Virus record (IMG/VR): IMGVR_UViG_3300009177_000028 | Coordinates: 140,388-204,387 of that record | Direction: 5' to 3' (one strand) | DNA length: 64,000 bases | The notes under the pieces: generated by a model | What the model saw: only the letters and a program-made list of their open reading frames with translations | Told to the model about the DNA's origin: nothing | Database searches by the model: none | Translations under genes and position numbers: made by a program | Shown: positions 54,751-63,293 of the stretch, in pieces | Numbering within the stretch: position 1 is the stretch's first letter | How the letters are laid out: the number at the start of each line of letters is the position of its first letter

Positions 54751-54795
54751 CTGGCATACATCTTGCTAGTGGGTAAGATTGGCATAAACTTTGCA
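54751..54795 (+). promoter_or_regulatory. two tandem sigma54-type promoters
   Basis: CTGGCATACATCTTGCT (54751) and TTGGCATAAACTTTGCA (54779), both GG-N10-GC with TTGC. Confidence 0.7.
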
Positions 54796-54854
54796 TCGCT
54801 GAATTTAGTTGCAGGTGATTGCTTAGTGTGATATTACCAAAGATTGGGAGATCA

Positions 54855-56435
54855 ATGCAGCCGATTGATGGTTATTCTAAACCGCTGCTGGACGTGGCTA
54901 ATCCGTTGGACCAATTGGTTGATGTGGCTGAGAAGCATCTCGCCCAAGAACCTACATTGTTCCAGAAGGCGGGTGAGCTAGTATGTATCCTGAAAGACCA
55001 CAATGGTCGTTTAGCTCTCAAACCTACCAAGTCATCCATCATCCGATATCTATTGAGTCGGGTGATTACTTGGTGCAATGAAGGCGAGAGGATCCATCCT
55101 CCTACTTCAGTTGCCAAGTGTTTGGTGGACAAAAGTGGTTGGCAGAATGTCCGCAAGCTGCGGTCTCTCACCACCTTTCCGCCCATTGGAGCTAATGGAT
55201 CCATCAATACTACAGAGGGATATCATCCTGATACTTACGTCTACTTTACAGGCGAAGTAGACTGTAAGATTCCGGATCATCCTACTCAGCAGGATGCTAA
55301 GCGAGCTGTCAGTATTCTTACTGACATTGTATGTGATTTCCCTTTTGCAGAAGAGGGGCATCGTTCGGCTTGGTTGGCCGGTCTCCTTTCTCCACTCTCC
55401 CGTTTTGCTCACGATGGGAATACTCCCATGGTGGTAGTTCAGGCTAATGGTCCGAGGGTAGGTAAAACCAGTCTCGTCAAGATCATCTCCTATATCCTGA
55501 CAGGTGATGAGTGTCCAGTTGTTACTCATACCAAGAATGAGGATGAAACCAGAAAGAGGATTTTGTCCTACCTGAGGATTGGTAGGAGCATGGTTCTGGT
55601 GGATAACGTAGTCGGTGAATATGGTGGAGCTGCCATCAACGCCATGGCTACCAGTCGTCAGTGGGAGGATCGTGTCCTAGGTCATTCTAAGGTTCTACAA
55701 GTACAGAATGATACTACATGGTTCATCACTGGTAACAATATCCTACTGGCCCCCGATACAGCGGAACGGTGTTTGAATATCCGACTTCGTTGTTTGGATG
55801 AGAAACCACATCTTCGTACAGGATTCAAGTATCCTGATTTGTGGAATGTGGTAAGAGAGCGTCGAGCCGAATTGCTCAGTTCCGCACTCATCATTCTCAA
55901 AGCCTACATTATGGCAGGGATGCCGGATCAGAAGTTGCCCAAGTGGGGAAGCTTTGAGCAGTGGTCCAAACTGGTTCGTGGAGCCCTAGTGTGGGCTGGA
56001 GCAGTTGATCCTGCTACCACTAGGCAAGAGTTGGAGATGGAGTCTGATGTAGGCAGATACACTGCCAATGGAATCATCGAAGGATGGTTGCAATTGCAGC
56101 AGATGGTGGGAGCTAAAGATGGGCTTACCACTCGTGAAGCCTATGATTTTATCTCACAAGGTTTGATGGTACCTTCATTGCGAGATGCGTTGGAGGAGAT
56201 TGCGGGCGGTGTAGGGAAACTCCCTAATGCTCATACCATTGGAAGACATCTGCGGGAGATCAAAGACCGTAACTTCAATGGTAAGTGTCTTCGGTGTGTG
56301 CCGAATGATAAGACGGGACATCGTTGGTATGTTGCTGATCTTGGTGGTTCGGGGACAGGGGGACAGGGGGGACAGGATTCGGCCCGAAAAACTAACGGGC
56401 TCAATGGCCATACCAATGGCACGAATCATGCTTGA
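54855..56435 (+). CDS. P-loop ATPase, primase-associated/SF3-like helicase type
   Basis: Walker A GPRVGKT; VLVDNV; RVLGHS; ITGNN; D..RC..IRL; no recognisable primase domain. Confidence 0.65.
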   Translation: MQPIDGYSKPLLDVANPLDQLVDVAEKHLAQEPTLFQKAGELVCILKDHNGRLALKPTKSSIIRYLLSRVITWCNEGERIHPPTSVAKCLVDKSGWQNVRKLRSLTTFPPIGANGSINTTEGYHPDTYVYFTGEVDCKIPDHPTQQDAKRAVSILTDIVCDFPFAEEGHRSAWLAGLLSPLSRFAHDGNTPMVVVQANGPRVGKTSLVKIISYILTGDECPVVTHTKNEDETRKRILSYLRIGRSMVLVDNVVGEYGGAAINAMATSRQWEDRVLGHSKVLQVQNDTTWFITGNNILLAPDTAERCLNIRLRCLDEKPHLRTGFKYPDLWNVVRERRAELLSSALIILKAYIMAGMPDQKLPKWGSFEQWSKLVRGALVWAGAVDPATTRQELEMESDVGRYTANGIIEGWLQLQQMVGAKDGLTTREAYDFISQGLMVPSLRDALEEIAGGVGKLPNAHTIGRHLREIKDRNFNGKCLRCVPNDKTGHRWYVADLGGSGTGGQGGQDSARKTNGLNGHTNGTNHA

Positions 56436-56529
56436 TCTGTTTGGTCCATTTGACTCCATTCCAGTTGAGTGTTATTCTCGTTGGTCCTGGGCGACGTTCA
56501 TGACGCGCCATGTCATAAAGGGGGTATCA

Positions 56530-56766
56530 ATGGGTAAGGGGTTGCTGGTGGTCGGGGCTTTCCTGGTCTCTCTTGTTGCGGTGGTGTCGCCTCAGGGGCC
56601 CTACGTGGCTGCTGGGAGCGATGCGAAGGCCGATTACAGCTCGTGCCGTCGAGCCTGCGAGAAGACCTTCAGCGAGTGCATGCTGCGCTGCTCTGAATGG
56701 CCAACGGATTCTGATAGGTGCAAAGCGGACTGCCAACGTGAGTACCAGCGCTGCAATTGCAGCTAA
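56530..56766 (+). CDS. small secreted Cys-rich peptide
   Basis: signal-like N-terminus; C-x3-C-x6-C-x3-C-x9-C-x3-C-x6-C-x-C. Confidence 0.7.
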   Translation: MGKGLLVVGAFLVSLVAVVSPQGPYVAAGSDAKADYSSCRRACEKTFSECMLRCSEWPTDSDRCKADCQREYQRCNCS

Positions 56767-56776
56767 CGAATTATAC

Positions 56777-56804
56777 TTGACACTTACTGGTTCGGTGCTA
56801 CAAC
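56777..56804 (+). promoter_or_regulatory. sigma70-type promoter
   Basis: TTGACA-16 nt-TACAAC with upstream TG. Confidence 0.5.
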
Positions 56805-56849
56805 TAATAATGCCGGGGCAATTGAGCCCTAAAAGAGAGAGAGAAAGCC

Positions 56850-57212
56850 ATGATCCCGAATGCGTTTTTCCAGAAGTATGTCGTCTACGGTGCGAACGGC
56901 TCGGTCGATGTGAAGAAGTCGGTCAAGTCCTTCGAGGAAGACTTCAACGCCTGGTGTCGTGAACAGGGCGACCTGAAGCCGGCTATCCTCCAGGAGCTGA
57001 CCAACTACAAGCGGCTCGGAGAGGGGAAGCTCACCCACTTCGTCCTCCATCAGCTCAAGCTGGAGCCGACCAAGGAGAACGTGGACCGCATCCAGAATGC
57101 GCTTCAGGAGTTGCAGCGCGCTGGGAAGATCCTCTACAAGACCACGGAAAGCGGCAAGCGCCGTGGACGTGGTGCAGGTTGGGTGATCCGGGAGGATGCG
57201 CGCGCTGCCTGA
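56850..57212 (+). CDS. putative DNA-binding protein, distant paralogue of 61592-61981
   Basis: GSVDV..S....E; THFVLHQL; RGRGAGWV; ends ARAA. Confidence 0.75.
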   Translation: MIPNAFFQKYVVYGANGSVDVKKSVKSFEEDFNAWCREQGDLKPAILQELTNYKRLGEGKLTHFVLHQLKLEPTKENVDRIQNALQELQRAGKILYKTTESGKRRGRGAGWVIREDARAA

Positions 57213-57244
57213 TCCTTCCGGAGCGACCAGAGTGTAATGTGGGG

Positions 57245-57281
57245 AAAGCCCGGTCTCAGCGAAAGCTGAGCCGGGCTTTTC
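57245..57281 (+). terminator. intrinsic terminator
   Basis: AAAGCCCGG(T)CTCAGC-GAAA-GCTGAGCCGGGCTTTT. Confidence 0.85.
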
Positions 57282-57315
57282 GCTTTGGATCCAATCTCTC
57301 AGCATGTAGGGCATC

Positions 57316-58071
57316 ATGATGAAATCGGTTCTGTCATTCGGCTTGGTCTCGATTCCAGTAGAGATTCAGAATACAGTGGCCCCTAATGGAGGCATGTGCT
57401 GGCTATCTCCACAAGGTAATCGAGTATCAGTAGAGTACGTTGACAGTGTGACCGGAGAACGTCTGGTGCGCAATCAGCTCCTTCATGGAGTAGAGGTAAT
57501 CAAGGAAAAGTATGTTACCTTCACCAATGCAGAGCTAAAGGCATTGTTGGATGATAGGGGTAATACCATCCTGATTCAACAGGTAATACCAATTCGAGCA
57601 CTTTCCCTTCATGGTGTGGAAAAGTCATACTACCTGACCCCACATAAGATCCATAAACCATACCGTCTACTACATAGTTGCCTAAAGTCTTCCAACAGGG
57701 CTGCTGTAGGTAAATGGCATACGAGGGGCAAAGACCACCTTGTCTTACTTTACCCTACACCTAGCTCATTGGTCATGCTTCAGCTACACTATCAGACCGA
57801 GTTACGGGAGGTGTGCTTCAGCTTTGCCAAGGGATCCGAGCCCAATCGGCAAGAGGTCGCATTAGCGAACGAATTGCTTGACAGGCTTGCCTCAGACGGG
57901 TTAGATGTGGCGTCCTATCAGGACGAGTATGCCCAGCGCTTGCGTGCCGCAGTTGAGGCAAAACAAGCAGGGAACCCGGATCTCGCGACATTACTACGTA
58001 AGTCGCTGAAAGGCAAACATGAAGGTAGAGCTAAGGGACGCCAAAGTCGAGCTGGAGGTAGGAGAAGGTAA
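57316..58071 (+). CDS. ku: Ku (NHEJ/Gam-like) DNA end-binding protein
   Basis: LSFGLVSIPV, VDSVTGE, YVTFT..EL, EKSYYL.P, YRLL..L....AVG, LH(Y)..ELR, E..LA..L, YQDEY..RL...V.AK. Confidence 0.88.
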   Translation: MMKSVLSFGLVSIPVEIQNTVAPNGGMCWLSPQGNRVSVEYVDSVTGERLVRNQLLHGVEVIKEKYVTFTNAELKALLDDRGNTILIQQVIPIRALSLHGVEKSYYLTPHKIHKPYRLLHSCLKSSNRAAVGKWHTRGKDHLVLLYPTPSSLVMLQLHYQTELREVCFSFAKGSEPNRQEVALANELLDRLASDGLDVASYQDEYAQRLRAAVEAKQAGNPDLATLLRKSLKGKHEGRAKGRQSRAGGRRR

Positions 58072-58378
58072 ACACTTTCTCCACATCAACGGACAGAATG
58101 TCCCAATTCCGAGAGATGTAGGTGTAGCCCTCATCTTTGGAGAAGAAAAACCTCGACCTGCCCCTACCGCCCCGACCAAACCATGTCCACCTTCCAAGGC
58201 GGAGAGGAAGTACGGGTGTCAGACACCATCCGCCAGGAAGAAGCTCTCAGCATCTCTCCTCAAGTTTCACGCCAAACGTAGGCGAAAGGAAGCCGCTGAA
58301 CTGAAAAAGGGCACTCCGGCCAAGAAACATCTCAATGGGAAGTCCCACCTCAACGGTGCCGGGCTCCACATCAACTAA
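58019..58378 (+). CDS. basic hypothetical protein
   Basis: SARKKLSASLLKFHAKRRR basic helix. Confidence 0.65.
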   Translation: MKVELRDAKVELEVGEGKHFLHINGQNVPIPRDVGVALIFGEEKPRPAPTAPTKPCPPSKAERKYGCQTPSARKKLSASLLKFHAKRRRKEAAELKKGTPAKKHLNGKSHLNGAGLHIN

Positions 58379-58388
58379 GAGCAAAAAC

Positions 58389-58465
58389 CAAACGGCCCCT
58401 ACTTCGTAGGCCGATCTCACTCAGTGTGGTGAGGTTGGACCTTCGACTAGGGGCCGTTTTTATTT
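58389..58465 (+). terminator. long hairpin/terminator
   Basis: AAACGGCCCCTA...TAGGGGCCGTTTTTATTT. Confidence 0.75.
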
Positions 58466-58789
58466 GTCCTACGTATCCTACATTTCCCTACATAGTTACC
58501 CACTGTAGTCGTCAAGCAAATACCATGCCATGACGCGGTAACGCAGCCAGCTACGCAAAGAGTGCAAAGTTGCCACAATCTTGCGTACCGAGCAAAAGTG
58601 CCACAACCGTAGGCTTTACGGCTTAGCTACGATGTAGGTGTCGCAACTTTTTGCAGACTGCCACAACGGCCGAGGTCGGGCGGTAGATCGCAGTGCCCTG
58701 GTAGCTCGTGGTCTAATTGACTTGGTTTTCCGGGCAATTACGAGCTTCAATTGTACCCTGCTGGTCTCAGTGTGAATGACCTGCGAAAG

Positions 58790-58806
58790 CTGGCATGGCA
58801 TTAGCA
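58790..58806 (+). promoter_or_regulatory. sigma54-type promoter
   Basis: CTGGCATGGCATTAGCA, GG-N10-GC, about 60 nt upstream of boxA. Confidence 0.55.
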
Positions 58807-58864
58807 ATAGCTCTCATCACGTGGCAACCAGCCACAAAGCAAAAGCAGAATAGCAATTCTGCCA

Positions 58865-58883
58865 TGCTCTTTGAAAACTGAAT
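58865..58883 (+). promoter_or_regulatory. rrn-type boxA antitermination element
   Basis: TGCTCTTTGAAAACTGAAT; 10/12 to E. coli boxA and like the TCTTTGAAAACTGAA form of many rrn leaders. Confidence 0.7.
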
Positions 58884-59199
58884 CCTGACAGTCGGTTAGT
58901 TTCATACTTACCGAGTAGGTTCGAATCGTGGATCCAAAGTGCCACGGTTCGCGGGCTACGTAGCTCGGGCGCGACCTAAGTACCCTTCTGAAACAAGCAG
59001 AGTAGGAGGGCGAAAACACTAGAGAGTCGGCTGACTTGGCTTGCCAAGCGGCCCTCCCTACCGGCGCACTATCTCGAAAGATGAGCATGCACTAATACTT
59101 CTAGTCAGAGTAAAAAGCAAGTTTAGTACCGTATTAGATTACTTATCAACTACGGTACACTAAGTAGTAATTCAGTTTTCACAATGAGAGGAGTCAATC

Positions 59200-59706
59200 A
59201 TGAACGAGACCAAGCAGCAAGCGGTTGCAGTCAAGGTGGAGGATCGATTCAAGGCGCCTCGGCCGGCTTATACGGCGCCCGACAACGGGGGCGTCACAAT
59301 GCCTCAGCCGAAGGACAATCGCCCGGCCCTGAGCCTCAGGGAGCAAGCAAAGCAGAGTGGTGACGACAAGTTGGCGGCGCTCTTCGCTAAGGCAGAAGAG
59401 AATGCTCGCAAGTCGCTGGACCGAGCACAAGGTAAGGTGGTGGAGTCGAAACCCCGAGTTACCAAAAGCCGAAAGCAAAAGGAGCAAACGACCCCCATTA
59501 TTCCTGCTCAATTCAAGCCGGAAGATGTGTGTGATGATGTCACCTTCCTGAAGCGAACCATCAGCGGTGACTACCATTCCCCCGAGATGAAAGCGCTCTT
59601 CTGGGCCAACGGTGGGGAAAAGTTTCTGAAGGCCGGTCTCAGCTACGCTTCGGCTTTCTCCAATCTCCGTAGGGAAAAGCAGAACGCTATCTCCGCAAAG
59701 AAGTAA
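59200..59706 (+). CDS. hypothetical protein
   Basis: GAGGAG SD; charged. Confidence 0.75.
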   Translation: MNETKQQAVAVKVEDRFKAPRPAYTAPDNGGVTMPQPKDNRPALSLREQAKQSGDDKLAALFAKAEENARKSLDRAQGKVVESKPRVTKSRKQKEQTTPIIPAQFKPEDVCDDVTFLKRTISGDYHSPEMKALFWANGGEKFLKAGLSYASAFSNLRREKQNAISAKK

Positions 59707-59727
59707 AGAGAAGGAAAGGAATTCACA

Positions 59728-60453
59728 ATGACCACCAGCAAGATGTCCCCCAAGCGTTTCGTGTCTGCCAAGTTCTCCGGCAAGGTGAGTGCGGAGGGGT
59801 TTCTGTCGGCTCATTGGGAATTCTTGAAAGGTCAGGATTATCTGACCCACATCTTGGAGGCGTACGAAAAGAAAGAGTTGCTCCCTACTCCTACTCTCAT
59901 TGCATGTCAGCAAGCGGTCATTGACCACCTTGGGCAAGTGAGTGAGAACAAGGGGAAAGAGGAAGCTAAAAGGACTACCAGCGGAACCAAGGTGGTTCGA
60001 CGTAAGAAGAATACGCAAGAAGTGGATGCTTCAGAAGTTCCGGATTCCAATTACCTTATCACACTGATGTGCAAGGTGTATGATCGTGCAGGTGCTTGTA
60101 CGATTCAGGTTGGAACGGTGGAACACTTGAATACGGTGGAGGAAGAGAAGAACGGTTTGGTAGTTACCAAAACTGTAAAGACAAGTGAACCTGCTATTTT
60201 TGAAGCAGATACCTTCAATGTAGCTGCGCGGATTGCAGATAGACACTTGTTCAATCGTGGTGATTCGGTGTATGCAATCATCGAAAACACACAAGGGAAA
60301 CCGATTCAAACAATCGTCAATCGGGATGATGCAATCGCCCGAACCTTGGTAAAGCCGAAGGGTCCTAGTGTGAGGAACACTTCATCCGGGGGAAGTAATC
60401 TCGGATTCGGAATCAAGGCAAAGAATGATCGGTCTCACTTTTCGAGAGGATGA
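59728..60453 (+). CDS. hypothetical protein
   Basis: AAGGA SD; 241 aa. Confidence 0.75.
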   Translation: MTTSKMSPKRFVSAKFSGKVSAEGFLSAHWEFLKGQDYLTHILEAYEKKELLPTPTLIACQQAVIDHLGQVSENKGKEEAKRTTSGTKVVRRKKNTQEVDASEVPDSNYLITLMCKVYDRAGACTIQVGTVEHLNTVEEEKNGLVVTKTVKTSEPAIFEADTFNVAARIADRHLFNRGDSVYAIIENTQGKPIQTIVNRDDAIARTLVKPKGPSVRNTSSGGSNLGFGIKAKNDRSHFSRG

Positions 60454-60461
60454 ATTCAATC

Positions 60462-60623
60462 ATGAGCCAGAAGATCAAGCCTCGTCAGCAAAAGAAGCCT
60501 CGTAACTACATCGCTATGGATGCAATCCTTCACTACAAGGGTGGACCCATGCGTGACCGTAGGGAAAAGAGGACTCGAAACCCCCGCAAGAGCTGGGAGA
60601 CGGAGCAGGACAATGTCTTTTGA
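60462..60623 (+). CDS. small basic protein (not in ORF track)
   Basis: 53 aa read by hand: KKPRNYIAMDA..KGGPMRDRREKR. Confidence 0.6.
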   Translation: MSQKIKPRQQKKPRNYIAMDAILHYKGGPMRDRREKRTRNPRKSWETEQDNVF

Positions 60624-60944
60624 TATTACTGAAGTAGAGGAAGAGGTTACTGAAGTAGAAGTAGCTTCGCTTTTGTTCGGTGGTTCTTTTCACCTACTCT
60701 GGGAAGAGCAGCGTGAACGTAAGGAAAAAGAGGAGTTTTGGGCCGACCCTTGTTGGTCGGAGGAATAACCTGACATAGATGTGAGGTCAGCCATGTATCG
60801 GGTAATCAATCAAGGAAAAGTAGTAGGTAACTTTCAATTCTTTTTTGATGCATGGCTACACGCCTTTCTTGAATTACCTGTCTACTCCCGGATCAAAGGT
60901 CCGGATGGTGTGTGGACGGTCAACCCTCTAACCAACTGAGAAGT

Positions 60945-61094
60945 ATGATTACTAATCTGAATGTGCGCAAAGTCGAGAACGGATACTTTGCCGACTACTG
61001 GAAAGCGGATGAAAAAGGAAGTTCCAAGTCATATCAGCGAGTCTTCTACACATGGGAAGAGCTGTGTGACTGGCTAAAGGAGCAAGTCAAGTGA
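60945..61094 (+). CDS. small hypothetical protein
   Basis: VRKVENGY motif; GTGA overlap to next. Confidence 0.6.
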   Translation: MITNLNVRKVENGYFADYWKADEKGSSKSYQRVFYTWEELCDWLKEQVK

Positions 61095-61414
61095 AGATCG
61101 AATTGTCGAGTGCGGAATTGCAGGTGCTTATGGCACCGGGTGAGCGTGCCCAGACCGAGGTAGTTCGTCTGAATGCGGAAGTTGCAAAGTTGAATACCCA
61201 ACTTGCAATGATGTCGGCGGGTCCTACAGGGACAGCAGAAGATAACAGGTATCCAGTTATCAATGCCCTGACTCATGTGTGTACGGCACTGGTCAATGGA
61301 AACAAGATCACTGCAATCAAGATTACCCGAGAGTTGACGGGTCTTGGTTTGAAGGAAGCAAAGGATGTCGTGGAAGGAAACTACACGGGTCCAGGTGTGC
61401 GGAAGACGTACTGA
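61091..61414 (+). CDS. coiled-coil plus ribosomal bL12 (L7/L12) C-terminal-domain-like protein
   Basis: [26 protein letters not shown] vs E. coli bL12 [25 protein letters not shown]. Confidence 0.8.
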   Translation: MKIELSSAELQVLMAPGERAQTEVVRLNAEVAKLNTQLAMMSAGPTGTAEDNRYPVINALTHVCTALVNGNKITAIKITRELTGLGLKEAKDVVEGNYTGPGVRKTY

Positions 61415-61591
61415 TTCAATCAACTACATGTGAGATTACTTATCAATCATGTAGTTCTAATTATCGATTATCTTACTTGTAACTATTACAATGACAGCTT
61501 GGGTAGCATGTTGTTATCCCGGTGATCGCCAGAGTAATTCTCGGAAACAGAAACCGTCACAATTGTGACAGAAAAAACAGGAGTATACATC

Positions 61592-61981
61592 ATGAGCAAG
61601 TCCCTTTCTTTCGCCCTCGTTCTCTCGGCCGGTACCATCGACCGTGAGGCTTCTCTCAGCGCTGCCGAGGTTGCCCTCGACAAGTACATCTCGGAGCACG
61701 AGACGGAGCAGTCGACCATCTCGGATGCGGTTCACGCGGTGTTCGACCAGTACAAGGGTGCGTCTCTCACGATGCCCACGATCGGCGGCATGACGCTTCG
61801 TCAGCTCAATGCGCAGCCGGGCAACTACAAGTCGCTGGAGAAGCGCGTGCTCGACTTCGTTCGCGCCAATGCGGGTACCCGTGAGTCGGGTGCGTCGTTC
61901 AGCATCAACAAGGGTGTTGGTGGTGGCGTGCGCCGCTGGGCGGATGTTCCCGCCGAGACCCCGGCCACCGACAGCAAGTGA
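61592..61981 (+). CDS. putative DNA-binding protein, family of 56850/47009/52534
   Basis: ISDAVHAVFDQY..MP.I...L..QPGNY..L...V..FV..N; KGVGGGV. Confidence 0.75.
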   Translation: MSKSLSFALVLSAGTIDREASLSAAEVALDKYISEHETEQSTISDAVHAVFDQYKGASLTMPTIGGMTLRQLNAQPGNYKSLEKRVLDFVRANAGTRESGASFSINKGVGGGVRRWADVPAETPATDSK

Positions 61982-62324
61982 TACATAGGGGATAAGGGGA
62001 TAATTATCATAACCGGAGTTATCCCCTCCTCTATGAGCACGGTTGTTAGCTACATGTGAGATTACTAAAAGCTTCTAACTTACTTAGTAAGCCATCAATC
62101 ATGTAGCCCCGGTGTGTGTACGATAGGCAACAAGTCCTCCTCTCTCGGCATAGCTCCTCGTACACACGCCACTAATTCCATTATTGTTTTCAATAATGAA
62201 AAAGCTTGGGTAACCGCCCGGCCGACAGAAGCAAACAAGCAAACAGCTTCTTAGATAAGCAACATAAAGAGCTTCTCTCACTCGGGCGGTACCCAAGAGC
62301 CTTCTACCTTACAGGTACATAATC

Positions 62325-62858
62325 ATGTCCAATAGTGATTTCGGAAATGGTTACGACGTAAGTGAGTCCTATGAATCCTTTGTTGAGGATCTCAAAAAAG
62401 CAGGATTCAAGTATCTTAGTGAAGGTTCTTTTCGTACTGCTTACCAGCGTGGAGAAGTAGTTATCAAAGTACCAGTTACCAGTGACGGTATCCTTGATAA
62501 CATGGTTGAAGCGAAAGCTTGGAAAACTTACGGCAAACAACCCACATCGATGGGTGTACACCTGGCTCCCTGTCGTCTACTTCCGAATGGATGTTTGATG
62601 ATGGTGTTTGTCAGGAAGTGGAATCTCCTCAATAAGCCTGGGTGGGCACATCTGGTAGATGGTCAACAGGTTGGAACCTACAAGGGGCGTGCAGTTGCAT
62701 ATGACTATGCGCTGGACCTAACCGAGAGGTTTATGTGGGAGAAGGAATGGAAGAAGTTTTCTACCTTCTTCAATTCGGAAGAGTGGGCCAAGCGGCGCCC
62801 ACACATTCAAAGCTACCTTCGTACTACCAAAAAGAAGTCTTCTAGAAAAGTTGCTTAG
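62325..62858 (+). CDS. minimal protein-kinase-like protein
   Basis: YLSEGSFRTAY, VVIKVP, NMVE, LAPC, DGQQVG, AYDYA. Confidence 0.6.
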   Translation: MSNSDFGNGYDVSESYESFVEDLKKAGFKYLSEGSFRTAYQRGEVVIKVPVTSDGILDNMVEAKAWKTYGKQPTSMGVHLAPCRLLPNGCLMMVFVRKWNLLNKPGWAHLVDGQQVGTYKGRAVAYDYALDLTERFMWEKEWKKFSTFFNSEEWAKRRPHIQSYLRTTKKKSSRKVA

Positions 62859-62864
62859 GAGCAT

Positions 62865-63293
62865 ATGAGTTTACGCCATGTAAGCCAAGTACATAGTAGC
62901 GGATGTTTTACTGCATGCGTTGCTATGTTACTTGGCAAGTCGTACGAAGAGGTACATTCACTTCTCCATCCCACCTCCGATCCTCAGGACTACGATTGTC
63001 CTGGCATTCGAAGTGAGAAGGTAGATGAGGCAGCTAGCGAAAAGCTTCAGCAGCTTGGAATCAAGGTCAAGCGAGCCAAGCTTCGGCAGTTGCGTTCACT
63101 GTTGCGACACTCACGTAAGCACGCACTACTCATTATTCGGTGGGAATGGGCGCCTACTTTGTGTCATGCAATTGTCTTCGATGTAGATAGGAAAAGGTTT
63201 CTGGACCCTACAGGTCGTACATTGAAGCGTAAGATTTATGAGCGGCAGTTGGACAGTGTGTTCTACGTGGACCCTCCCAAGAAAGCCGCCTAA
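62865..63293 (+). CDS. C39-like cysteine peptidase
   Basis: SQVHSSGCFTACVAM (Q-x5-C), CHAIVF, FLDP; ends KKAA. Confidence 0.7.
   Translation: MSLRHVSQVHSSGCFTACVAMLLGKSYEEVHSLLHPTSDPQDYDCPGIRSEKVDEAASEKLQQLGIKVKRAKLRQLRSLLRHSRKHALLIIRWEWAPTLCHAIVFDVDRKRFLDPTGRTLKRKIYERQLDSVFYVDPPKKAA

Noticed and set aside
58912-58932. GGTTCGAATC as a tRNA T-loop
   Set aside because: The flanks (GTAGG / CGTGG) do not pair and no cloverleaf can be drawn.
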